Assembly: GCA_045613785.1 (NCBI GenBank)
Contig: JAZLBQ010000016.1
Coordinates: 1 to 25,821 of the forward strand
Origin: Candidatus Enterousia sp.
GTDB taxonomy: Bacteria > Pseudomonadota > Alphaproteobacteria > Rs-D84
Direction: 5' to 3'
DNA: 25,821 nucleotides
Both the position numbers and the translations under genes were made by a program. Numbering within the stretch: position 1 is the stretch's first letter; every line of letters begins with the position of its first letter. Positions 16,828 through 25,820 of the stretch are shown one piece after another. The notes under the pieces were generated by a model, which ran no database searches, was not told where the DNA came from, and saw only the letters and a list, made by a program, of their open reading frames with translations.

Positions 16828-18138
16828 TTAAGATACAGAATATGTTCCGTGAACAAATGCTTTTGGCTGACGGCAAGCAAAGTCAACTTCTGCGATAAGA
16901 CGGATAAGTGTCAAATCACGGTCGAATGCTGAAATTACTGAACCGTTGTCTGTGAATGTTCCTTCACGAGATACTTCGATCGAAATATCCTTTGAAATAC
17001 CGAACATCATTTCTGCAAAGTCACCAAGCCAGAAATCAGCATAATCGGTTGTAGTATCAACATACTTAACAGTTGAAGAACTGTGGAAATCATATCCACG
17101 AAGTCTACCTGTTCTTGACATTTCTTCTGACCAAGCGAATGGACCGCTTGCGAATGCCTTGTTGCGAATCCAAGATTCACCAATTGGGTTAAGCAACCAA
17201 TGAACATTTTCCATACGAACGTTAGCCTGTTCAAGAAGGGCAACCATATCGTTTGGTGTTGTCAATGCAAATGCAGTTGAAGAACTTCCGCTTGTCTGTA
17301 CATCTGGATTGTTTGCAAGTCCTAATGGCTGATACTGTGAACCTGTACCATTGAGAAGTGCATCATCAAGGGCAATGCGAGCTTTACGCATCAAATCTTC
17401 TGCAACCCATCCTTCAAGGTTTACACCGCTTTCACGGATAAGTGTATTTGACATTGCAGACTTAGCAAAAAGCTTTTTAGCACGCATATTTACTTCACCG
17501 AATGTTGGCTGAGTAATTCCACCAACTGTTTCTTCACCGCCCCAAGAAATAGCAGATGTTGTGTCCATTCTTGGAATAGAAAGATTTCCGTGAATAAGTG
17601 GAACACGGCGGATGTTCAATTTGTCGATAAGTGTATTAGCAACAAGGGCATCAATGTATTCACCGCTGAAAGCAAGTGGAACTGTGAAACCACCATCCGA
17701 AGGTGTTCCCGCAGTCATTGTCTTAACTCTTGCTTCAAGTACATTGTGAAGTGCCTTTGAATATGGGAAGTCTTTCTTTGCCTGTGCAAGAACTTCTTCT
17801 GGTGTAACCTGTTTAATGTTACTTGCGTTCTTATGACCCATTGCAGAAACTGCCGATGCAATCATCTGATTTACAATTGTTACAGGTGTTTCTTTTGCCT
17901 TGATGTTGTTTCCAGAACCAACGGCTTCTTTGAAGGCTTCAAGATAAGCAACGTTTTCTGCCTTTGTCTTATCTGCATTTTCGTTGATTTCCTTAACGGC
18001 TTTTGCAACGGCTTCGTCAATCTGTGCCTGTGATACACCTGCACCCAATTCCTTCTTGATTTCTTCTGTTTTAGAAGCAATCTGTTTTTCGGAACGCTCA
18101 TCAATGAGCTTTTCCAAATCTTTCATTTCCATCTGCAT
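16828..18138 (-). CDS. Major capsid protein, HK97 family
   Basis: Coiled-coil delta domain, then K|TMTAGTPSDGGFTVP, LLNGTG..QPLGL and WLGDF motifs. Confidence 0.95.
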   Translation of the reverse strand: MQMEMKDLEKLIDERSEKQIASKTEEIKKELGAGVSQAQIDEAVAKAVKEINENADKTKAENVAYLEAFKEAVGSGNNIKAKETPVTIVNQMIASAVSAMGHKNASNIKQVTPEEVLAQAKKDFPYSKALHNVLEARVKTMTAGTPSDGGFTVPLAFSGEYIDALVANTLIDKLNIRRVPLIHGNLSIPRMDTTSAISWGGEETVGGITQPTFGEVNMRAKKLFAKSAMSNTLIRESGVNLEGWVAEDLMRKARIALDDALLNGTGSQYQPLGLANNPDVQTSGSSSTAFALTTPNDMVALLEQANVRMENVHWLLNPIGESWIRNKAFASGPFAWSEEMSRTGRLRGYDFHSSSTVKYVDTTTDYADFWLGDFAEMMFGISKDISIEVSREGTFTDNGSVISAFDRDLTLIRLIAEVDFACRQPKAFVHGTYSVS

Positions 18139-18280
18139 AATTTTATTCTCCTTTTATGCTATTTAATTTTTATTTACGTTTCTTCCGTAATTTTTTTTAC
18201 GGCTAGGCTTTAGCCGATAAATCCAAAATTACCCGCCACGTTATCAAGCCGATTATTCTTGAAGGTGTGGCGGGGTTTAA

Positions 18281-18469
18281 TTACTTTTTCTTTTCAAGTT
18301 CTTTGAAAAGAAAGTTTCCGCAAATTGCAAGAATTGCGGTTTCTGCAATCTGGATAGAATCATTGATTGCAGTTGCATAAGGCGGGTTGAAGTGTGTGAT
18401 AAGTCCGATGGCTACTGCACCAACTGCACCTGTTATTACTGTGATAAGTTCATAAGTTTTTTTACTCAT
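18281..18469 (-). CDS. Small membrane protein of unknown function
   Basis: 62 aa, two hydrophobic segments, strong RBS AAGGAG. Confidence 0.65.
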   Translation of the reverse strand: MSKKTYELITVITGAVGAVAIGLITHFNPPYATAINDSIQIAETAILAICGNFLFKELEKKK

Positions 18470-18491
18470 TTCTTTTATCTCCTTATTGCGT

Positions 18492-18521
18492 AGTATAACA
18501 CAACTATTTTCTAGTTGTCAA
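18492..18521 (-). promoter_or_regulatory. Promoter upstream of the small membrane protein and capsid genes
   Basis: TTGACA-18 bp-TATACT with an extended TG; contains the dyad ACAACTA-gaaaa-TAGTTGT. Confidence 0.6.
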
Positions 18522-19227
18522 AATTGAGTGAAACATCAGGAAGTTCTACCTTTTCAACTTCGGGAAGTTCTACAAGATTTTCTTTTGCTTTTGTAAGCTC
18601 TGCCCCGCACGCTTTTAATGTTGCGTTACATTCCGCAAGCAGTTTTTCACAATATGCTAACTTTTCAAGAAGTGTTTCCTTTTCTGTTTTCTTTTCGGAA
18701 ATTAAACCTTTTGCGAATTCATCACCGAAACTTTTTACTGCTTCGGCAATTGCATCTTGATTGGCAGGAACGGCAACCGCAGAAAATTCCAACAGTTCCC
18801 ATTTCAGAATGTCAAAACCATTTTCAGTTTCAACCCACTCAAGCGGGATAAAACCAACCGAAACGGCATTCAGCATTCCTGTCTTATAACAATTATATGT
18901 GAAGTCTACAAGTTTTGCTTTTTCGCTTGCCTGCTCTGGATTTGTCGAAAGTTCTTCGATTGTCGGAAAATATACATCAGCTTTGACGCTATTTCCTTCA
19001 ACCCAAAATCTTGTTACTTTACCAAGCGGAAATTCCCTTGAATTATGGAAAGACAAGAAAACGGGATTTTTCATATAGTTTGTAAAATCAACACCGCTTG
19101 CCCGCAGAATATCGCCATCCCTATCGACAACTTCTTTTGAAATTGTGAAGCGGACAGTTCTATTTCCCATATCTTCGGTAATAGTTGACAAATCCTTTTT
19201 ATTGTTTTTGCCTTTTTCAAGTTTCAT
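18511..19227 (-). CDS. Prohead protease, HK97 family
   Basis: VDRDGDIL, NPVFLSFHN, AVSVGF and LLEFSAVAVPAN motifs. Confidence 0.92.
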   Translation of the reverse strand: MKLEKGKNNKKDLSTITEDMGNRTVRFTISKEVVDRDGDILRASGVDFTNYMKNPVFLSFHNSREFPLGKVTRFWVEGNSVKADVYFPTIEELSTNPEQASEKAKLVDFTYNCYKTGMLNAVSVGFIPLEWVETENGFDILKWELLEFSAVAVPANQDAIAEAVKSFGDEFAKGLISEKKTEKETLLEKLAYCEKLLAECNATLKACGAELTKAKENLVELPEVEKVELPDVSLNFDN

Positions 19228-19240
19228 TTTTTACCCCCGA

Positions 19241-19822
19241 TTAAAGCCCTGTCAATGTTACAACAACTTTAGCCATTCCGTCTTTGCCTTCTGTCGGTTC
19301 AATTTCAACGGGTTCTGTATAAGTTGAAGCATCAATCGAAACGGCTTTTGAAGTTTCAATTTCTGGAACATTTGAAAGTGTGATTGTTGCTTTCTTCATT
19401 CCGTCTTTTCCGCTTGTTGGTGTAACTTCAACAGGGGCAGTATAAGTTGATACATTAATTGTCTGTGCCTTGTTATCTTCCAGATCTACATCGGTTAGTG
19501 CAACGGCAGAGTATGACACTTTCTTTACGTCATAATCACAATCACCAACAATTCCCACGGCAACATCACAACCAACGATTTTCACAAACTTCTTTGCACC
19601 TTCAAGTGAAAAAGTGAAACCTTTGTTAAGGCTTGCGTGTCCGCTATCAAGTGTTTTGAAATCTGTATAACTTCCACCGACTGTGTCGCAATGCTGAACC
19701 TTTACGGGTGTTCCATTTGTTCCACCGATACAAACAACCGCAAGTGTATCAATTCCAAGTCTATTGAAAGCGGTCTTTGCATCGCCAATAATTCCAATCT
19801 TGTCTAACATTGTTTTACTCAT
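19241..19822 (-). CDS. Putative virion decoration protein with two C-terminal repeats
   Basis: N-domain resembles 16424-16708; tandem ~41-aa repeats STYT.PVE..PT.GKDGM.K..[IV]TL. Confidence 0.5.
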   Translation of the reverse strand: MSKTMLDKIGIIGDAKTAFNRLGIDTLAVVCIGGTNGTPVKVQHCDTVGGSYTDFKTLDSGHASLNKGFTFSLEGAKKFVKIVGCDVAVGIVGDCDYDVKKVSYSAVALTDVDLEDNKAQTINVSTYTAPVEVTPTSGKDGMKKATITLSNVPEIETSKAVSIDASTYTEPVEIEPTEGKDGMAKVVVTLTGL

Positions 19823-19846
19823 TTTATTTATCTCCTTAAAAATAAA

Positions 19847-21970
19847 TTACATCATTACAAACGGGGCAACAGTACACCTGCAATTTGCGACCTGTCCAAC
19901 AGGTGCTGACGGGTCCCCCGCATAATCCATCCAAGCCCCTTCCGTCTGACTTGTTGCAGGTACTTCAAACTTATCGGTTGTCGGGATAACAGTTCCATCC
20001 ATCAGCAAGTGAGAATCACGGGTTCTGTCATCCTGTACTGAAATCCATTCTTTATAGTTTATACCTTCCGCCTTGTATAATTCCATTGCTCCTGCATTCA
20101 TTGTAGAACAAGATTCAGTTCTTGCAATCAATGTTGCACGGGCTTTTTTATCTTCTGCAAAAGAATCATCAGCAACGGCAACAAGTGCTTTCACCTGTTT
20201 TCTCAAATCTTCACCACGCTCAATGCTTTCTGAAAGTGCCTTGCGAAGTTTCTTTTTTGTGGTGTTATTCATATCACGGCATAATTCAAGCCCGTAATTA
20301 TCAACCCACAAATTGAATAAACGTCTTACTTCATCGCTGATTTCTTTTACACCTTTTTTATTTAGAAGTTCGCTTCCGTGTTCTGCACCTACTGTCAAAC
20401 CATTTATGAAAGCACCAGCTAACGTATGTTTCAACGCTTCATCCATCTTGTTGTCAAAAAGGTTTTTAATTGCAGTTGGAACATCCTTGTTTTCTTCGCA
20501 AGCTTTTCTGATTGCTTCATCAACCAATTCATTCTGTTTTGTAAATGCTTTAATCATAGACTTGCGAAAAGGTTCTTCAATGCTCATTGCCCTTGCATCA
20601 AATACTTTCCAGATCGTTTTTCGTCTTTCCTTGTCTGCATCCGATTTCAACATTTTATACTTGCTTTCATAATTTTTTTTTATGGTGTTATATTCTTCTT
20701 CGGAAAGTTCTTTTTCTGCATCCGCTTCTGTGTTTGGTAATTCAACAGGATTGCTTTCTACTTCGGGAAGTTCAATAGGCTCTGAATTAAAAGGTTGTTC
20801 AACCTGTCCGAAGCCCCGCAAATAAATATCACCGCCCTTTTCGTCTGGTTCAAATCCCATACCAATTCGCCAATCGTTGACAGTAAGAACACCACGGGAA
20901 AGTCCGTCATTTAAGATTTGCAGTTTCTGTGAAATATCTTCTGAAATATTGTTTTCGTGATGCAGAATTAAATTCTGTTCCTTGTCGTAATCTTCCCACA
21001 ATAACTGTGAGTTGATAACACGCTCAAACATTCGCAAGCGGTCTGCTAATACGTTTTTATTAAGCAAATATTCTGCACTGTCGATTGTGCTTCTGTTTGA
21101 GTTCTGCAAAATACCCATAATTTCGGGCGGAATGTGGAAGTGTTCGTTTGCACTATCACGCAAGAATCTTCGGCTTTCTACAAAATCCAATTCTGTCGGG
21201 CTTTGTGAAATCTTTTCAAACTTACTTCCTTCACCTGTCAAAACCATTGGTTCTTTTGCGTGATGGAATCCCGCCATCTTCTGCAACCAAGACTGTTTGA
21301 TCTGGTCTGCGGTTTCCTTGTTGCCCTGTGGTGCATAAATAATTGCAGATGGTGTTGCATCATTAAAGAAAAGATTCTTTGCATATTTTGACGCATATTC
21401 ATCCGACTGTATTTCATCTCCGATGGCTTCGGCAGTTCCCTTTCCCCTGCCATAAGGGTCGTTTAAATCTATATCCTTAAAACAAATTACATCTTCAACA
21501 GGAACATAAATTGAATTTCCGCTTGCAGTTCCTAACGGGTAAATCTCCCAATATTTAGAAGTTGCCGATGGTGTCTGAACTACCCAAGAAGGGGCAACAG
21601 GTTGCAAAGCAATTACCTTTCCCCTTGCATCACGGATTTTTAAAAGATAAGCTTCACCGACTAAATCATAACAAGCAAAAACAAAATAACGGATAGTCCA
21701 TCCCGTCAATTCTCTATCAGATGGGCAAGGATTTTCAAGCAAATTATAAATGTCGTGGGTTTCAATAACTTCTGCTTTGTTTTTGTTTTTTCGGTAGTCT
21801 GATTTTTTGTATAAGAATAATTCGGTGCTTGCACATTTATTCGCAATTACACGCACCCCGTCTAAACGAGGATTGGTGTGATATAAAGCCAACAAGTCAC
21901 GGCTTGCCATTGTTGGAGCTTGCGACCAAGTTTTCCTAATCATCGTCTTGATTCTTTCAAGTGGATTCAT
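19847..21970 (-). CDS. Portal protein (HK97-like) fused to a MuF/SPP1 gp7 minor head domain
   Basis: Portal motifs (VGEAYL, FFNDATPSAII, FHIPPEIMG, LTVNDWR) plus C-terminal RATLIARTE, KEWISVQDDRTRDSH and NCRC. Confidence 0.9.
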   Translation of the reverse strand: MNPLERIKTMIRKTWSQAPTMASRDLLALYHTNPRLDGVRVIANKCASTELFLYKKSDYRKNKNKAEVIETHDIYNLLENPCPSDRELTGWTIRYFVFACYDLVGEAYLLKIRDARGKVIALQPVAPSWVVQTPSATSKYWEIYPLGTASGNSIYVPVEDVICFKDIDLNDPYGRGKGTAEAIGDEIQSDEYASKYAKNLFFNDATPSAIIYAPQGNKETADQIKQSWLQKMAGFHHAKEPMVLTGEGSKFEKISQSPTELDFVESRRFLRDSANEHFHIPPEIMGILQNSNRSTIDSAEYLLNKNVLADRLRMFERVINSQLLWEDYDKEQNLILHHENNISEDISQKLQILNDGLSRGVLTVNDWRIGMGFEPDEKGGDIYLRGFGQVEQPFNSEPIELPEVESNPVELPNTEADAEKELSEEEYNTIKKNYESKYKMLKSDADKERRKTIWKVFDARAMSIEEPFRKSMIKAFTKQNELVDEAIRKACEENKDVPTAIKNLFDNKMDEALKHTLAGAFINGLTVGAEHGSELLNKKGVKEISDEVRRLFNLWVDNYGLELCRDMNNTTKKKLRKALSESIERGEDLRKQVKALVAVADDSFAEDKKARATLIARTESCSTMNAGAMELYKAEGINYKEWISVQDDRTRDSHLLMDGTVIPTTDKFEVPATSQTEGAWMDYAGDPSAPVGQVANCRCTVAPFVMM

Positions 21971-22005
21971 AAAAAGTTACTTCCTTTTCTTGATATTTGA
22001 TTTTT

Positions 22006-22034
22006 AATATACACCAAGAAAAAGAAGTTGTCAA
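22006..22034 (-). promoter_or_regulatory. Promoter upstream of the portal gene
   Basis: TTGACA-17 bp-TATATT, with GGTG directly before the -10. Confidence 0.65.
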
Positions 22035-22039
22035 AATTG

Positions 22040-22348
22040 CTAACTATTGATTTCTTTCATCCGTTCCATTTCGGCTTTTATGCGGTCTATTATATTTTCA
22101 TCAACAACATAATATCGCCATAGCCAATGAATGAATTTATGCGTAAGATTATTACAACATAAAAAATTGTCATTTAAGACAGTGTAATTTTTTTCCCGCA
22201 AATCTTCGTGGTGAAAAGAAAAATTCTTGCGTAACGGCTTTTGCGTAATCTTATCAACCTTTCCGCATTCAATAGCCTTTTTCTTTTTATGCTCTTTAAA
22301 TGCTTTAGTGTTTCTAAAATTACGCTTTAGTTTTTGTGCTTCGTTCAT
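22040..22348 (-). CDS. HNH-like endonuclease (possibly packaging-associated)
   Basis: FHHEDL...NFLCCNNLTHKFIH pattern; basic N-terminus; near the terminase genes. Confidence 0.6.
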   Translation of the reverse strand: MNEAQKLKRNFRNTKAFKEHKKKKAIECGKVDKITQKPLRKNFSFHHEDLREKNYTVLNDNFLCCNNLTHKFIHWLWRYYVVDENIIDRIKAEMERMKEINS

Positions 22349-22566
22349 TTTGTAACAGTCTTTTTCGGTGCTTCCTTGTTTACAATCTTTTCTTTCTGTT
22401 CATCTGGAACGAAAACCATTCCAAGATAATCGCACTTATAGATATAGCCCCCAAAAGTACGTGTTATCTCATAACCTGTTTCTGCATCCAAGCAAGCCTG
22501 CCCGAATTTCAGCCCTTCCAATTTTTCCTTCAAATCTTCGTCTGGATGACGTACTACCCGTGCCAT
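22345..22566 (-). CDS. Hypothetical protein
   Basis: 73 aa, RBS GGGGG, overlaps the next gene by 4 bp. Confidence 0.65.
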   Translation of the reverse strand: MARVVRHPDEDLKEKLEGLKFGQACLDAETGYEITRTFGGYIYKCDYLGMVFVPDEQKEKIVNKEAPKKTVTK

Positions 22567-22577
22567 TTTTAACCCCC

Positions 22578-23876
22578 TTAATATAACATAGGTCTATTTA
22601 TTTTAGGCTCATAAAAGAGCATTAAAACCGAATCCGCCTTGTCGGGTGATTTCCCGTTGTTCCTTGCTTTGTAACTGTCTTTACTTTCAACCACCCGCCT
22701 TGCTTTGTGGTCATAAGAAAAACGTCTGTCGGTCAATTCGTGGAACAATCCCGAATCATTTATTAATGATACATCAGATATTGGAAAAGTACACCACATT
22801 TCACTTGGTAAATCTGCAAACTTGTCTATGTCCTGTGGTTTACTTCCGAAGTTTATCCCTATAACATTTTTATAACCCCTAGATTGTAGAATGTCTACAA
22901 CACCACCGCCAACACCTGTTTCATCAACCTTTATTGTCATATTATGATTATTTCCCGCCATTACTTCAATATGTCCGCACAACTCGACCAATGACATATT
23001 TTTATATTCTTTAAGTTCTTTAAGCTTCAAGCCTTTACGCATTGAAATTATTGAACTATCTGAACCATAACGGGCAACGTCCACCGCAATTTGATAATCA
23101 CCTTCATCGTCAACTTCCCTTTCCATTGCTTCGTGTACTGCTATTCTTGACATAACTGCATTATCTGCCTGTGATAAATATTCACCTTCCCAGATGTGGC
23201 GGGCTATATCTGGATTGAACTTATAATCGGCTTCCCTGTCCTTTGCAAGTTTTTCAGTAAACCACGGGTTATTGTTCCAATTACATTTGACTACAACCGC
23301 ACCTTCACGCAGTTTCAAACTTTCAATTGCATCTTCTTCTGTGTTCGGGTTATAACTTGCCCATATTTCCGACCCGTTCATTCGGATTGTCGGAATAAGC
23401 ATCTGCAAACTTTCTGCGGACACGCTTTGTGCTTCTTCTATCCACGCTCTGTCGTAACCTTCAAGGGATTTAATCGCATTGCCCGCCCTTAAATCTTTCA
23501 AGCCCCTAAATATTACACGGCTTCCGTTTTCGTTTTCCAAAACATCCCGCAGGATATTCCAACCGCCCAATTTCAAACGCTTTATTGTTTCCACACATAG
23601 TTTATAAACTGAATCATCAAGGGATTTCTGAATTTCACGGCAACAAACAAGATTGTGTCTTTCTGCGGTCAATTCCTGCATTAAAAGGCTTGCTATACTC
23701 CAAGACTTGCCCGAACCACGACCGCCAAATGTTATTTTATATGGTGCGGGTTTTCTGAAAACTTCAAGACACGGCACAACCTGTGAAGCATAAAGCCATA
23801 AATATTTTTTCTGATTTTCTGCTGATAGTTTGAGAAATTGTTCTTTTGTTATTTTTGGAATCAGCGGTTCTATCAT
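22578..23876 (-). CDS. terL: Terminase large subunit (PBSX-like)
   Basis: GGRGSGKS Walker A, CCREIQKSL, WIEEAQ Walker B, VDVARYGSD and SPDKADS nuclease motifs. Confidence 0.95.
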   Translation of the reverse strand: MIEPLIPKITKEQFLKLSAENQKKYLWLYASQVVPCLEVFRKPAPYKITFGGRGSGKSWSIASLLMQELTAERHNLVCCREIQKSLDDSVYKLCVETIKRLKLGGWNILRDVLENENGSRVIFRGLKDLRAGNAIKSLEGYDRAWIEEAQSVSAESLQMLIPTIRMNGSEIWASYNPNTEEDAIESLKLREGAVVVKCNWNNNPWFTEKLAKDREADYKFNPDIARHIWEGEYLSQADNAVMSRIAVHEAMEREVDDEGDYQIAVDVARYGSDSSIISMRKGLKLKELKEYKNMSLVELCGHIEVMAGNNHNMTIKVDETGVGGGVVDILQSRGYKNVIGINFGSKPQDIDKFADLPSEMWCTFPISDVSLINDSGLFHELTDRRFSYDHKARRVVESKDSYKARNNGKSPDKADSVLMLFYEPKINRPMLY

Positions 23877-24235
23877 TTCATTAATTCTTCAAAAGCCTGT
23901 AATCTTTCTTCGGTTGTCTGTAATTCTGTTTTTATTTCTCCAGAAAGATTCAATTTGCTTCCTTCGGTTGCTTCCCTTACTTCACGCAACATTGCCACGC
24001 TTGAACTATCGCCCCTTGCGATAATCTTTTTCATACATTCATTGACAAGCTCTGCACCTGTCAATTTTCTTTCTTTATCGCCTTGCCTTACGTTGTATTC
24101 TTTTCCAAGAAACTCTGCATAAATCTGCGACATCAATTTTCTTTTTTCTGTGTTTTCCTTTCGCTTTTGTACTGATTTCATCTGCATTTTTTTTGCTTCG
24201 TCTGTTGTGGGTATTCTTAAATTCTGCTCATTCAT
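23873..24235 (-). CDS. Probable terminase small subunit
   Basis: 120-aa helical protein overlapping the terL start; NEQNL..PT..EA N-terminus. Confidence 0.6.
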   Translation of the reverse strand: MNEQNLRIPTTDEAKKMQMKSVQKRKENTEKRKLMSQIYAEFLGKEYNVRQGDKERKLTGAELVNECMKKIIARGDSSSVAMLREVREATEGSKLNLSGEIKTELQTTEERLQAFEELMK

Positions 24236-25356
24236 TTCTTCCCCCTTTTTCGTGCAATATTCGTGCTACTTTCTACTTTTTCATAACCTTTGCCGATATA
24301 TTGAAAACTATATGTATTACGTTGTTTAGAACATTGTTTTGCAGTAATACTATTTTTACCACACATTAAATGCCCTGTGTGAATACACTTGAAATTCTTA
24401 TTCTTCATAACAGTTCTTACAAAACCCTTTAAGCTTGTAATTAATGAAAAATAGGTTATATCAGTGTTTTTCATTACATATTCACCAAGCCAATTAATCA
24501 TATATTGACCGATTCCTAATCCTTGATAATCTGGCATTACAACAATTCTGTGATAAATCCCCATTTTTCTATGGCTATTACAAGGAAAGTGTATATAGCT
24601 ACAGAATCCAACAGGCTTTCCGCTTTCTGTAAAAACTGTGAATTCTTTTGCATTTTTATTAAAAGAATGGCTCAAATAGTGATACTTGCTAAAATATTTC
24701 CAATATCCTTTTGTTTCTCTGATGTTGAGTTTAATTTTTTTTCGCCGATGTAACCCCCTTGTAATTTTGAATTCCATTGTATCTGTATAAAAAATCCAAT
24801 CGGGTTCAAGCCATTCTATTACATCAAAATGGCAGGTAATTGCTATAAATTTCTTATTTCTTTTTCTTACTGTTTTTTGAATAGCAAGGCTTCCAAACTG
24901 TGCAACTTCTCTGTCTATAACTGATGTATATTCATCAAATGCAATTATTTCTTTATTCTGCAATAAAGCCCTTGCCAGATCCACACGCATTTTTTCACCG
25001 TTTGATAATACATTATAGGGTTTAATCCAACTCTTTGGTGTTGAGAATCCTACTGCATTTAATGTCTTTATTATATCTTCATAGGATAAACCCTTTTCAA
25101 AATCATCTATTACAGAATCTTTTGAATATTTGAAATTACATATATAATCACCGAATAATTCTTTTGCTATTGTTGTTTTTCCTGTTCCAGATTTACCGAC
25201 AATTATTCCAATATTCCATTCATCTGGTAAATCAAAAGAACCTGTGAATTCTTCTTTGATTAAATCTTCCTGTAAATCGAATTGGTCATAAATTTGCGAA
25301 ACCCTAAAAGATTTCTGTTTTATTTCATTTTCTTTTATAATGTTGAAACTTTGCAT
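24232..25356 (-). CDS. ABC-type ATPase fused to a GNAT acetyltransferase
   Basis: GKSGTGKTT, LSNGEKMR, IAFDEYTS and ITCH motifs, followed by FSKYHYL and RIVVMPDYQGLGIG (acetyl-CoA motif). Confidence 0.9.
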   Translation of the reverse strand: MQSFNIIKENEIKQKSFRVSQIYDQFDLQEDLIKEEFTGSFDLPDEWNIGIIVGKSGTGKTTIAKELFGDYICNFKYSKDSVIDDFEKGLSYEDIIKTLNAVGFSTPKSWIKPYNVLSNGEKMRVDLARALLQNKEIIAFDEYTSVIDREVAQFGSLAIQKTVRKRNKKFIAITCHFDVIEWLEPDWIFYTDTMEFKITRGLHRRKKIKLNIRETKGYWKYFSKYHYLSHSFNKNAKEFTVFTESGKPVGFCSYIHFPCNSHRKMGIYHRIVVMPDYQGLGIGQYMINWLGEYVMKNTDITYFSLITSLKGFVRTVMKNKNFKCIHTGHLMCGKNSITAKQCSKQRNTYSFQYIGKGYEKVESSTNIARKRGKK

Positions 25357-25820
25357 TTGTAACCTTCTTCAACCATTCGGTTGTAAACTTCTTCTTGTTC
25401 TGCACTATCTGAACATTGGATAATTACTTGAAATTCTGCTTCATAATCAACTTCATCGGGCATTATTTCTTCTGCACCATCATAGTTATTATTAGAAAAA
25501 TCTATTGTTGTATCGGGCAATTGGATTTCGTCAAAATTGATTTCCAAATCATCAGCAAATTCAAGAACGCTTTCTTTTGTCATTTTTCCATAAGTGGAAT
25601 TCAGTCTTAAAAGCTTTTGTTTTGCTTCCGTCTTGTTTTTCGCTTTGATATAAAACACGGGTAACGGCGGGATAATATAGCCGTCTTTCTGCATTCGGCA
25701 AAGTGTTTCAAATCTTCCGTGTCCGTCTAAAATATAATTAGTCTTGCCCGATTTCCAGATATAGAACGGGAACGAAAAGCCGTATTTAATAATTGACAGT
25801 TTTATTTTGTCATAGTCTAT
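25335..25820 (-). CDS. ParB/Sulfiredoxin-like protein, 5'-truncated by the window edge
   Basis: The frame is open to the edge beyond the listed ORF: ...KIKLSIIKYGFSFPFYIWK...YILDGHGRFETL. Confidence 0.8.
   Translation of the reverse strand: MDYDKIKLSIIKYGFSFPFYIWKSGKTNYILDGHGRFETLCRMQKDGYIIPPLPVFYIKAKNKTEAKQKLLRLNSTYGKMTKESVLEFADDLEINFDEIQLPDTTIDFSNNNYDGAEEIMPDEVDYEAEFQVIIQCSDSAEQEEVYNRMVEEGYKCKVSTL

Noticed and set aside
18513-22039. CAATTTTGACAACT shared upstream of two promoters as a specific operator
   Set aside because: CAATTTTGACA also occurs inside genes (about 3083 and 3706), so it may be chance in AT-rich DNA.
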